Of a stretch of DNA of 64,000 bases, positions 27,333 through 39,300 are shown piece after piece. The notes beneath the pieces were generated by a model. It had not been told where the DNA came from. It made no database searches and saw nothing but the letters and a program-made list of their open reading frames with translations. The DNA lies in NCBI GenBank assembly GCA_009602735.1, contig WELA01001229.1:10853-74852 (forward strand). Direction: 5' to 3'. Position 1 is the stretch's first letter. Every line of letters starts with the position of its first letter. The translations under genes and the position numbers were made by a program. This stretch comes from Mesotaenium endlicherianum. Taxonomy: Eukaryota.

Positions 27333-28163
27333 GTGATAGGCTGAAAAGGCAGTCAGTTGGGGAGGCTGGTCAGGATCAGTTCCCTGACCAAAGACTTCTG
27401 CAGTTTAATGTTGTCGAGGCGACAACAAGTTAAGTTGGAGGGATTGTAATGAATCAGTATATTAGTAGATATAATATTCATTTATATATAATAGTTAACT
27501 AAGTTCAGCCTACTAAACTTTATGTAGTATTGAGTCTGCTGGACTTCATATAATTATCAATTTAAGGACTCAGCCGGAAGCAGCAGGCTGAAGCCAACTT
27601 AAGTCAGCTTGCTGACACATTCTTTGATAGCCAGCTGACTTTCATACTCAGTAGCAGCAAACTGCCTCGATATGCATCTAAGTGTGGTATGCTAGATGAA
27701 TGGCCAGATGACATCCCATTGATGGATGGCGATTCGGGATGATGGAAGATGGCGGTGGATTTGGTTAACCGAGGTCCTACCAACGTGGTTAACTCCCAGG
27801 TAGGCGGTGCCATCGCACTGGACGTTGAACAGTAAACTCATTCCATGTACATATACTAGGCATTGCTCTCGAGTTCGGCATTCGAAAACGAGGCCAACTC
27901 TCTGGTACAGCTTACTGAGAGAGATCTGAATCCAAGGCGAGAAGCCATTGATACGCACTGTCTTCCAATCTTGCTTATGTATGAGTTTACTGATTGCATT
28001 ATTGATGCTAGTTTACTTGCATTTGACTTACGAGTATTATTCACTGCTAGTGTGCTGTCCTTTGCTGTCGAATCAATTAACGAAAAATACCATAAAGATT
28101 ACTTGCTGATATAAAGATCTTTATTAATTGTTAATCGCCTATGTGGTAAGTCGATTCATTTCA

Positions 28164-28802
28164 GCTGCTTTGGCGAATTACTCGCCTTATCAGATTCTGT
28201 TTAGAAGAAGTTCAGTTGTGCCCAGTAGCATCAAGCAGGAGATTAAGCAGGTGAAAGACCTGGACAATCCTGATGAACTGCTAAAGGTCATGTTGCGCCG
28301 CAAGGTGTTATTTGAGCACATGATGCCTGCTGCCCCGGACAATCTGAAAATTGCACAGAAAAGAGACACGCAGCGTTTCGCCAGGACGCGAGATGGGACG
28401 CAGATCCAGGAAGGAGACTTCGTCTACCGCAAGCGCCAGACTAAGACCACCATTGACACCAGTTCAGGTGCAGTGATCTTACGCGTGAAACATGCGTTCG
28501 ACAATGGTGTGTTGGAACTGGAAGGTTTTGATGGTAAGACCATGAGAGATCACGTGCAAAACTGTTTGCTGTGCCATTTGCCAAATATCGATTCTACGAT
28601 TAAGACTGTGCCCGAGGAATTGGTGCCAGCCACGCCTTGTGCCAGCTGCAAAGTGCTGGATGATCAAGAAGCAATGGTAACTTGCGATAAGTGTGGTGCC
28701 CGTTGGCACACCTTCTGCATTGGTGAAGAAGAGATTATGGCAGGACGGGGGGAATGCCCTGACTGCCTTCCCAAAAGCCCCAGCCACAGAGCCAGGAAAT
28801 AG
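28164..28802 (+). pseudogene. Element A integrase C-terminus ending in a PHD finger
   Basis: Resumes after element B (AALANYSPYQILF...). C4HC3 pattern CASC-x11-CDKC-x4-H-x2-C-x12-CPDC at 28638-28766. Confidence 0.88.
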
Positions 28803-28848
28803 AAGCTTTCAACAGAAAGGCAAGGACGCCTCAGCTGAAAGGGAGGGG

Positions 28849-30380
28849 TGTAAGGGAAACTGAAGATAAGCTATCTTTTCGAATTTTTCCTGCTAAGTGT
28901 TGAATGAGGAACTGATTGAACATGGGAAGCACTGAGTGTGAGATGCCTCACCGCATGATGCAAGTGCAGGATGACCAGGAATGGGTCAAACCCCAACCAG
29001 TCTGTCACCGACACACGTGCAAGGGACGATCAACCCGGTCAATCCCCACGTGCAGCGACGCACCGACACGTCAACCAAGTCGAAGACACACGTGCTGAGA
29101 AGCCACGCTCGTGCCAGGAGTCCGACGCTGAAAGGCACGACAGCTGTCGCGACTCCTATCCACTCGACGGTGCCGCACGCGCAGCGCAAGTCACGGTCGC
29201 CCAGGTACGGGAAGTCAGCATTGACTCACCGACCAGAGGACCAAGATATCTCAGTCAGCGGTCATGTTGAAGTCGTTATCCCTGTCAAAGTGGTCACGAC
29301 ACGTCAAACCCACACCCAGGACTGGATGGGGATTACGACAGAGTAGTCAGCCGAAAGGCTAGGGGCATGGAACCAGCAATGAGCCAACCCAGCGAGTGCC
29401 AAGAAAGGTACTGATCAATCGGCTATCCAAGCCAAGTACAGCAGGGATGTTGCAAAGGGCGTTGTGTACCGCCTCGGCCAGACCCTCAGGTGACTAGTCA
29501 CGGCTTGAGCGTTCATCCTAAACGCTGCCAGTCTGCCACATAGGCGTGATTGTCAGCTGAAAGGCTAAGCGGTCACGCGCGACAATCCCAATGCATGCAT
29601 GCATGCTGAATGACAACTTCTAAGCTGTGTGAGAGCTGCTGGGTAAGGACGGCATGCAAGCTAAGCGCTGTGACTAAACACTGGCATTCTCGAGAGAGGA
29701 CAGTGTGTGGTGCCTGTGAAAGGCACGAGTCCTGCCTGAAGCTGCCTCATTCTTGCTCGCATTGTTGTCAAAGGAAGCTGAAGATGCAGAAGGAGCGCGA
29801 AGAAGAAGGAGTTCCCAAGGCCATAGAAGAGCCGGGGCGCCACGCTTCTATCGACGCTGGAAGATTTCTTCCTAAGTGTATTATAGAAAGGTTAGACCTC
29901 AGGAGTTCCCAAGAAAGGATCTCGCTGGTAGAAAGTAGAGAGCTCCAGAATAGAATCTGTTAGGAGATTAGCACAGATTTGGGTCAAACGCCGCAAGCGT
30001 GCGAGGATCATTTAAAATGGTGAGTGCTGTGTTAGTTTCCAAGTTCTCAGAAGTCTCGATTGTCGAATTGCTGATAGCAAGAGTAGTATTAACAAGTAAA
30101 GCTCTCAGTGAAGAGCTGAGTGAGCCCAGCCAAGCAGTGAAGAGTTGTTAAGGCGCGGTGTTGAGCGAAGAGCTCAGACCAGGCCAGCATAGATGTGCAG
30201 TTCAGAGTTTTGTAAGCTGTGACTTGTGGAAGTTAAGCGAAAGCCTTGAAGGGCAATTTTCTCTGAACCTGGCATTGCCTGTTAAGCTGCTTAGACGTGA
30301 TTTCTGCAAACTACAAACTTGTTCATTGTGTAAAACCTCAACTTGGGCAAAAGCCTGTGTGGAAGTAAGACGCTTCTGTC
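28849..30380 (+). repeat. Element A right LTR plus probable leader
   Basis: Starts TG directly after the PPT. Homologous to 9612-10773 from position 29145 onward. Confidence 0.88.
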
Positions 30381-30382
30381 TT

Positions 30383-30672
30383 TGTAAGGGAAACTGAAGA
30401 CAAGCTATCTTTTCGAAAATTTCTGCTAAGTGTTGAATGAGGAACTGGTTGAACATGGGAAGCACTGAGTGTGGGATGCCTCACCGCATGATGCAAGTGC
30501 AGGAAGACCAGGAATGGGTCAAACCCCAACCAGTCTGTCACCAACACACGTGCAAGGGACGATCGACCCGGTTGATCCCCGCGTGCAGCGACGCACCGAC
30601 ACGTCAAGCAAGTTGAAGGCACACGTGCTGAGAAGCCACGCTCGTGCCAGGGGTCAGACGCTGTTAGGCACG
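30383..30672 (+). repeat. Third, partial A-family LTR (first ~290 bp)
   Basis: TGTAAGGGAAACTGAAGA... collinear with 28849-29139. Confidence 0.92.
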
Positions 30673-31350
30673 GAAGTGTCGAAAGAAAACCACACATTTT
30701 GTATTTTTCACAAGGTGTTGCCCGATTTGAAAACAAGCCGCAAAACAATCGAAAAGTTGATAAAAATCACAAAAGGGTATAGCACGTTGATTTTTGTCGC
30801 AAATTACAAATCCTATGATTTTTCTTCGCAGAAACGACCCTCCTGGGGAAAAGAGTTAGCACCCCATGGCCAATTCGGCCAGTTAGTGTTCCTATGTCGG
30901 CTAATGTCGGTTTCAGCGGAGACTCCAAGTCAAGAAGCAAAAAAACGCTCAATTCTTCTGCTTGCACTCGAGTCCTACTCTTTGGAGACGGTCTTGGTCA
31001 CCTTTTGTCACTGTTAGCCAGTGTATATGCTGCAGTCCCATGGGCTGTGATGATTGTCTTCAGCCAAATTCCTTTCAAGTTGACGAATTACAGCAACGCT
31101 AACAACGAGTGGCTGAATGTGTACTTTGACGCAATCCCCTCCGCCTAGATGAAGGCTAAAAAATATGTACTTTGAGCCAGCGGTTAGTATGGGGAAATCT
31201 GTTTGGAGTTCATCACCTTACGTACTAGAGCATGTCCTAAGGACATAGTCTTTTTTTGGGCGTACAAGCGTGGTGGCATATTCTTGGGCAATCATTGTTT
31301 CCCGGCTGAGTTATTGTTCTCCTCTGGTACATACTGGTTTACTGTCCGCC

Positions 31351-34300
31351 ATGACCCACGAAGAGTCCGTTCTTTCCAAGCAGATGGAAAAAGATGCTGA
31401 TGTTGGAAAAGTAGACGACAAAACCACCACTCAGGGTTCCGTGCAGGAGCTGACTGATCAAGTCCTTCATCAAAGCAGTGATAAACAAAAGGCCCTAGCT
31501 GCCGGTTCAAAAAAAGAGCCAAAAGGAAAAGCGGATGAAATAACTCCTTCTCAACAAGTGCATGCCAAGTCTTCCAGGCTGGAATGCGCCTTGGCATTGT
31601 TGGTCCCGCTTATAGTAGCATGTCTCATGTCAGGCTTGGTGTATTGGCACTACCTGACTAAGGACTTCGAGGATATAACAAAGACCACTGATTTGCTCCC
31701 CTCTGAGAAGCAAGCCTTGTTTCAATTTGAAGACACAACCATGGCAGGTGAAGTGCCCATACCTCATCAAACCAGGAACTGCATTGGCCTCTTAGTAGTG
31801 TGTGCTGGTCATCCTCTTTACTGAAATGTTATGACGAATGTGCTTGCTGCACCTTGACAATTGACATGCCATGTAGTATTCATTTCTACAGCATGTATAC
31901 CTGACTGTTTGCAACGCTTTGCATGTCTGCCGTTCCGGTGTGCAGACATCCATGAAGCGTATAGAACAGGCACTCTGACGTCACTCCGGCTCACGGAGCA
32001 CTATTTTACAAAAATAAAGTTATTAAACCCGTCACTTACAGCTGTCATAGAGACAAACCCTGATGCTCGTGCTCTGGCCTCTCAGAGGGACACCCAGCTG
32101 CAGAGTGGGGGAGGGCGGATAGGGTACGTGCATGGCATGCCCATTCTGGTCAAGGACTGCATTGCCACCTCAGACAAGATGAACACCACTGCAGGCTCGG
32201 TGGCGCTGCTGGGCTCCAGGGTGTCCTCCGCAGCCTCTGTGGTGGACAAGCTCAGGTTTGCAGGAGCCGTCGTGCTGGGTACCACTAGCATGCCTGAGTG
32301 GACGTCCCTGGGAGAGCATGATAAGCCGCCTCGCGGTGGCTGGACTCGAGTAAGCCTCCGCTCCCCTTCCCCCCGCCCTCCCCTCCCCTCCCCTCCNNNN
32401 NNNNNNNNNNNNNNNNNNNNNNNNNNNNNNNNNNNNNNNNNNNNNNNNNNNNNNNNNNNNNNNNNNNNNNNNNNNNNNNNNNNNNNNNNNNNNNNNNNNN
32501 NNNNNNNNNNNNNNNNNNNNNNNNNNNNNNNNNNNNNNNNNNNNNNNNNNNNNNNNNNNNNNNNNNNNNNNNNNNNNNNNNNNNNNNNNNNNNNNNNNNN
32601 NNNNNNNNNNNNNNNNNNNNNNNNNNNNNNNNNNNNNNNNNNNNNNNNNNNNNNNNNNNNNNNNNNNNNNNNNNNNNNNNNNNNNNNNNNNNNNNNNNNN
32701 NNNNNNNNNNNNNNNNNNNNNNNNNNNNNNNNNNNNNNNNNNNNNNNNNNNNNNNNNNNNNNNNNNNNNNNNNNNNNNNNNNNNNNNNNNNNNNNNNNNN
32801 NNNNNNNNNNNNNNNNNNNNNNNNNNNNNNNNNNNNNNNNNNNNNNNNNNNNNNNNNNNNNNNNNNNNNNNNNNNNNNNNNNNNNNNNNNNNNNNNNNNN
32901 NNNNNNNNNNNNNNNNNNNNNNNNNNNNNNNNNNNNNNNNNNNNNNNNNNNNNNNNNNNNNNNNNNNNNNNNNNNNNNNNNNNNNNNNNNNNNNNNNNNN
33001 NNNNNNNNNNNNNNNNNNNNNNNNNNNNNNNNNNNNNNNNNNNNNNNNNNNNNNNNNNNNNNNNNNNNNNNNNNNNNNNNNNNNNNNNNNNNNNNNNNNN
33101 NNNNNNNNNNNNNNNNNNNNNNNNNNNNNNNNNNNNNNNNNNNNNNNNNNNNNNNNNNNNNNNNNNNNNNNNNNNNNNNNNNNNNNNNNNNNNNTCCCCT
33201 CCCCAGCCCCGGCCCCGCCCCATCCCGCCTGTCACTGGTGAAGCCGTTGCTGAAGGCTGCAGCAAATATTCCCTCCCTCTTGGCAAACGCGCTCGGATGC
33301 AGTGCTCCTGAAAGCACTCTGGCTGGGACCTTGGGCGATGTGCAGAACCCGTACAGTGGGGAGCGCGATGCACCTGCTTTCAGTGATGGGGCAGCAGTGG
33401 CAGTCGCGGCCAACCTGGCCGTTGCAGCTCTGAGCGTGGAGACAGATGGTGAGATCCTTGTGGGGGCCAGCAGGGCAGGAGTGGTGGGGCTGAAGCCAAC
33501 AGTGGGGCTTACAAGCAGAGCTGGCGTGCTCTCGGTGTCGCACACTCAAGACTCTGTCGGGTGCGTTTCCTTTGTTTCTGCTCTTCTGTCTGCTTTCGTG
33601 CCCATAAGCTATATTCCTTCCTTGCACCTCTGCCCGGCCCTGTCTGCTATTTTAATCATAGGCTTTCAACGACTATGTGTATGACTGAGCACCTGCCGAG
33701 CTCCACAACGTGTGGGGGACAATTGGAGAGTAATTGGTCCCGGCCTTGTACTGGCAGGGCAGGCCGATAGCAAGGACGGTAGCAGACGCGGTGACTCTGC
33801 TGGATGTCATCACGGCCCAAGTGGAGGACCCCCGTGACTCTGCCACCTCCCGCTGCTACAACATGCTGCCACGTGGCGGCTTCCGGCAGGTACAGGTTAA
33901 TGACATGTGAGTTGCATGGCGCATTGTATATATCTATCTCTCTGGCATCTTTGTTGCAATCAAAAGTGGACACTGTTACTGCCATGCTACTGTACACATC
34001 CGTCACAGCTTTTCATTACGCCTGTTGGCAAAATGAAGTTGGCCGTATACCAAGAGTGAAGCACATACTTTGGACGTGGTTGAACGCAGGCACTGAAGGT
34101 GGATGGAGCAAGGGGCAAGCGCATTGGCGTGTTGAAGCCCCCCTCCGTGCGAAAAAAGATAGACATCAACAATGATGAACAGCTGGCATTTCAGACACAT
34201 ATCAGCACACTCAGGTTCCTCCACCTTTCTCCCTACCTCGCTCCCTTCCTCCCCTCCCCTAGTTGTTCTGAAACATGAGTATGAATATTAAGTACACGAA

Positions 34301-36346
34301 TATGTGACCCAGTCTGTTAAGATCACTAAGGTCACCCTCACATCAATTTTGTGACTGCAGTTTTTGGGGGTGTGCCCACCTGACGCCTCTTAGAGTTTGG
34401 CTATGCCCCTACGCTTCACTCTTTCCTCACCGATTGCTTTCGCTGAGGAAGTGCGCCCCTGGGCCGCCTTTTGGGAACAGCTATGGCGAGGCTTTGCCTC
34501 GCCTTTAGCTGCAAAATGGATTGAAAGGGGTTTCATGGCAAAGGGCGCTCTTTGTCGTGGGGCGGACTTGTGAGAGAAGGGGCATGGAAGGTCGTGCTGC
34601 CGAGGAGGTTTAAGGAGGGAGAGAGGGGGGCAAGGGGGGAGGCGGTCAGCCGTGGCGGGGCTTAGTCGCTGTGTGTTCTGCATTGCACGTGCAGACGGAA
34701 TCGTGGCCCCTCGCAAAATGAGAACGGTTAATTGGTGTGAGAAAAGACTATAATACATAGCATATACAAGGTCTATCTTTCTCCCTTCACTTGAGACAGT
34801 TTCAATTTTGTGAGCGGCCGCTTTTCCTGGGTACTAGGTACCACGGAGAATCCCGAAAGCTATGCGAGGGGCATTGTAGTCACACAAAGATTGAGTAATT
34901 ATACCTGTGTATGAGTGCGCCGTCCAAAGGAGTGGGCTCTGTCCCCCTTGAGAGTGCCGCAAAGGGGATGAATACACACAGGCACAGACATATGACCTAT
35001 GGGGTAACAACGTCTGTCCCTCGAGGGTATGTTTGAGTGCAGGAGGCTGGGCGCAGAGATAGTGGAGGACTTGGAGCTCCCCCAACACATCCTGGAGGCC
35101 GTCATGAGTGCGACAGCAGAGCGCACTGTCGTTGTGCATGAAGCCCGGGCGGGCTTCGACAAGTACCTGGCCACCTTGCAGCACAGTCCCAGCGGCCGAA
35201 GCTTGGACGAGCTGCTGGCATTCGCGGAGGAGAGTTTGCAGTCAGACACTGCCGTTGGTAACATGCAGTTTCTGCGCGATGCTGCGCTCACGGAAGGCTT
35301 GCAGGTAGGAGGTGCTGCCGCTGCTGGATGCTAGCTACTCCATGTTCTTCTTCTGCTGCCCCATCTCGAGGGTACCTGTGCATGCGTGCTAGTCAAGAGA
35401 TGCAGGCAAATACCATCAAGCAAGATTCAGGGGTGACGATATATTTGCTCGTGTGGGACGGGGGTTTAGGATCAGCTCCTTTTCCTCTCGTTCGTGAAAA
35501 GTCCTTTATTCGTTGTGCAGGAAAAGAGCTTGCATGACTCGTCTCATCAAACATCAGCCCACATTACGCTGTGATGAAGTTAGATACTTGTGTGCTTTCC
35601 TGGAGCCCAATGTGGTGGTGGCACAGTTGCGCTGCGATAGAGAGCAATAGCATGCCTCCTGCTGTTGAGTGTATGGGTGCAGGCTGCAGCCTACAAGGCG
35701 GCAGTGGAGCTCACACAGGAGTACACTACGGGGGGCATCGATCATGTTATGAAGCAGCACCAGCTGGACGCTCTGCTTGCTCCCTCCTCCCCATCTTTTG
35801 GCCTCCACAAGCTGGCTGCTATCGCCGGTTATCCGGGTACCATTATGAGCCTGTCCCACGTGATGAGGAACTACTGAACGTTGGACCCGCTGACAAGAGT
35901 GTCTACAGCCTGCCAGCCTTGACCTAATGATAAAGTGCCACAGCCCCCTTTGTGAGATGGGCAAGTGGGTGATAGACGAAGTCTCAAAAGAAATGGTTGC
36001 TTCTTGTGCTCAAACTCAGTCCAGGACAAAATTGCCGGTGCTTTTCCCACTCCTCTTGACTTCTGCTGCCCCACTCGCACCAGCATCAGAATGAGGTGTG
36101 AATTGTTGTGCGTGTTTTGCAGGCGTCACGGTGCCTTCGGGGTACTCTTCAGAGGGCTTGCCTATGGGGCTCACTTTCGTCGGTCACGCATGCTCGGACT
36201 TGAGCCTCGTTGCCATGGCTTTCGCATTTGAGCAAAGCACCATGGCTAGGAAACCCTTGACAACGCCATTCTTGAGCATGTTGCTGACTGGGAGAACGTG
36301 TAAACTTCATGAATATGGAGAAACGTGTGCAGTTGAAGATAATTAG
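31351..36346 (+). CDS. Amidase-signature family protein with an N-terminal transmembrane helix, 8 predicted exons; probably catalytically inactive
   Basis: GT-AG exons: 31351-31747, 31946-32349, 33346-33560, 33763-33889, 34090-34214, 35043-35304, 35683-35836, 36123-36346. Motifs HGMPILVKD, TTAGSVALLG, VVGLKPTVGLTSRAG, QDSVGPIARTVADA, AIAGYPGVTVP, GLPMGLTFVG. Hydrophobic helix LALLVPLIVACLMSGLVYW. The start codon is inferred. Confidence 0.88.
32397..33195. other. Assembly gap (N run) inside amidase intron 2
   Basis: Ns flanked by CCCT-type low-complexity sequence. Confidence 0.99.
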
Positions 36347-39300
36347 TTCTATATGACTAATGTACATTGAAGTAACAGCCCAATTTTGGCAAGTTACTGT
36401 AGCCAGCTTGGTTGGTGACCCGGAGGCTTGCGCACAAGAGTTCTTCGAGCAAAAGCTCTGCTTCTTTTGCTGCCTAGGCGTCTCACGTGAGCTTTGACGC
36501 CTGTAGACGATGTTAAGCGAGAAGCTCTACATAACTTCTTATTGAAACAAGTCAGTAGAAAATGTATTTCATAATGACCCCGCAAGGAAACAAACTCAGA
36601 CCTGTGGGGTGTAGCGGTGTAGCTGACCTACAAAGCTTTTACAATTGCAACACTCTCGTCTGCCGCGAGCCAATGCATTGAGTTATTAGTGTTTCAGGAG
36701 AAAACAAAGCGAAGCATGCGCATATATCTACTGCCGATTGAGCTCAAAAGACCATCCATTTTCAATAGAGATGGCTTTGGATGTCGCACGTCCCTTCAGT
36801 AGGCACAGATTCTTCAGCACCCTCCACAACACTCCACACTGTAACAAATAATGCTGCTACAGGAAAGTCGAGGGAAGGCATGGCATCAAGTATGGCGACA
36901 AATGGCGACGGCTAAAATAAACATGCGTCACGTGTCACATGTGCTAAAAAATCGCCTCAACAGCCCCTGTTGACATTTGTCAGCCATTTTGGTTTTCTGA
37001 GAACGAAACCGACAAAGACCCACCACATCGAAACCGGCGGATGCCAACGGATGCCAACCGATACTGTCCGGCGAATGCCAGGGTCCGTGGCCTCCCGTGG
37101 CCTGGTTGACTTGGTTTTGACCAATATGGACTTGATCCATGTGACCCCGACCTCATGAACTCCTTGTAGGACATTGACATAAGTTGACTGATCTCGACAA
37201 ACCGACATAGAGGTCAAACAACATGGGCTTCAACGGGTCAACATACACCATTGGAAGTAGTTCGTATATGAAGCAATATGAAGTGAGTGAAGCGTGCGCC
37301 TTCGTTCGGGGAACGCCTCGAGGCCAAACGTCAACGCTAGAAGGTACAATCTCAAAGCTCTGTATCGGTTGCAGAGGTTCAAAGTATGTCCGGGTGGCCC
37401 GGGCTACGATAATTCTTCATTGACTGAAGCACCCAGTAATGGACCCCTGACGAGCTGACTCAGGCCAATTGACAAAGACTGCACGAATTCCATCATCTAC
37501 ACAAAAGGCCCGGCACAAACTGGCAAAAGGAAATATTCATCAACACGCTACGGCAAGTATGTCTTACTACTTCCCATATTAATTTCACATAAGCAAATGA
37601 CGAAAATTAATAAATGCCGACAGATTTAATCTGTATACTAAAGCCAGACCTTCCACAAAATGAAAGCGAACAAGCTCCTAGCTCAACTACATCGACAGGA
37701 AACATATCTGACAATGAAGCTCACAGAAAAAAAAAAAAAGCGCTCTCGAAACATTCAATATCATTTCGACGGAGACGCCTCAGACGCAGGACGCATACCA
37801 CTGCATGACATCTAACATCTTGCTGTAAAATCACCGTAGCACTGCATGCTTTTTAGAGGACCCCGTCGTATATACTTACCGCAAAACATTTCTTCCTTTG
37901 GGCACCAGTACTTCTATGCCTGGAACCGCTTCCTTGTATATCATCCTCCATATTATCCTCTCCTGCGTGATATTCATTTACGCCACGGTCACCTTGAATA
38001 GAGATTGGTGGCGAAATACTCGAAAAATCAAACAAAATCAAGAAGTCAAACAAAGGCAAGTTTTGTACATAGTAACACGACGTGAGAATTGAGTCAAATG
38101 ACACACAAGATTGCCATTAGCTATAGGCAACGTCAAACATGATAAGGAGCTGAACACCAGCTCCCTCTGATATTTCGCAGGACTTTATACAAGGTTCTCG
38201 TCAATAATGAAAGACGTACAAACCTACTTCAGGAATAGATTTTAAGTTTTAGTGTTTAAGTTTTAGCGTTTTTGTGACCTCATATATATCATAGACAATT
38301 AAAGAATGAAATTTAAGAATGAAATTTCACGTCCACTCTTCACGTTCACAAGGACACTATTGTTGCGGATAAGACCTAGGTATTGGTTGGAAAACCTATA
38401 AATAACCAACCAAATGAAAGTAAGACCGAGTGAGACTGGAATGGCACCTCCTAATTGTATGGTTATTACAAGTAAATGTTTTCTCACGAACCTGCAATTC
38501 TGTGCCAGCCAGCCAGATTACTGAACCCTTATACATCCGCAAGCGTGAAGTGTTCAACATCTTTTATGCGTCAGCAGGCTCGTTCAAATGGTTTACTCTC
38601 AGGGACTTCTTCCAAGTGCTTGAAATCGTAACCGCCTTAATTTAGTTCTTTAGCGGTATTTCCCTGTGTCAATTTGAAAGCAGTTTGACACTGATCCCAA
38701 AACCCGAAACCTTAATAGATTCGGATTGAGAATGCTCGTTCCATTGTGCCTTAGAAAGTAATACATGTAAAGAAAAAAGCTTGTATGCCAAAGCCAAGGC
38801 CTGTATGCTCTAGAGTTTATAGGGAAACAGGCGCTTTGTCTATCGTCCTAAACCCTATTCTTGCTCATGAACCTACCAAAGCTAGGAAGAGTAATAGGCC
38901 GTTTCATTGTCTTCTGCCAGTAACTCTTTAGCCTAGGGAGAGCATGTAGTCCCAATGTAGCCATGCACAATCCATGCAAGACAACCATCTCTGTGCATGT
39001 CACAAGAATCTAGCCCTTCCCAGTGTGTTGAAATGCATAATTATTTGTCTCCACAACCAACTGCTAAAAAAAATGAGTAGGCATGAAGAGACTAAAGATA
39101 CCAAAGGGTTTCAGACCCTTGGATCTTTTGTGTCGCATGCCCTGGAGGCCATGCTGGTGTTCTTCACTTGGCTGGAGCAGGTGTCTTCTGGACAGGTGTC
39201 TCCAAGAGCAGGCACCTTCCAGTCCCACACCTCCTCCTCCTCCTCCTCCTCCTCCTCTATCATGGTTGCTGCAGGTGGAACGTCTTCTGTGTCTTCGAAA

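Larger units (their letters stand above)
19209..28163 (+). mobile_element. Element B: chromodomain Gypsy (chromovirus), structurally complete, coding decayed, nested in A integrase
   Basis: 719-bp LTRs at 19209-19927 and 27445-28163 (TG...CA), TSD GCTGC on both sides, PBS TGGTATCGGAGC at 19929-19940, PPT-like AAGTTGGAGGGA before the 3' LTR. Confidence 0.97.
9612..30672 (+). mobile_element. Element A: Ty3/Gypsy LTR retrotransposon encoding a C5 DNA methyltransferase and a PHD-finger integrase; decayed and interrupted by element B
   Basis: Order is gag(2x CCHC)-PR-MTase-linker-RT-RNaseH-IN-PHD. PPT GAAAGGGAGGGG (28837-28848) precedes TGTAAGGG at 28849. 9612-10773 repeats at 29145-30380. Confidence 0.9.

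Noticed and set aside
31861..33684. Long ORFs of 607, 487 and 362 aa across the N run
   Set aside because: Artefacts of translating the assembly gap; the real coding parts are amidase exons.
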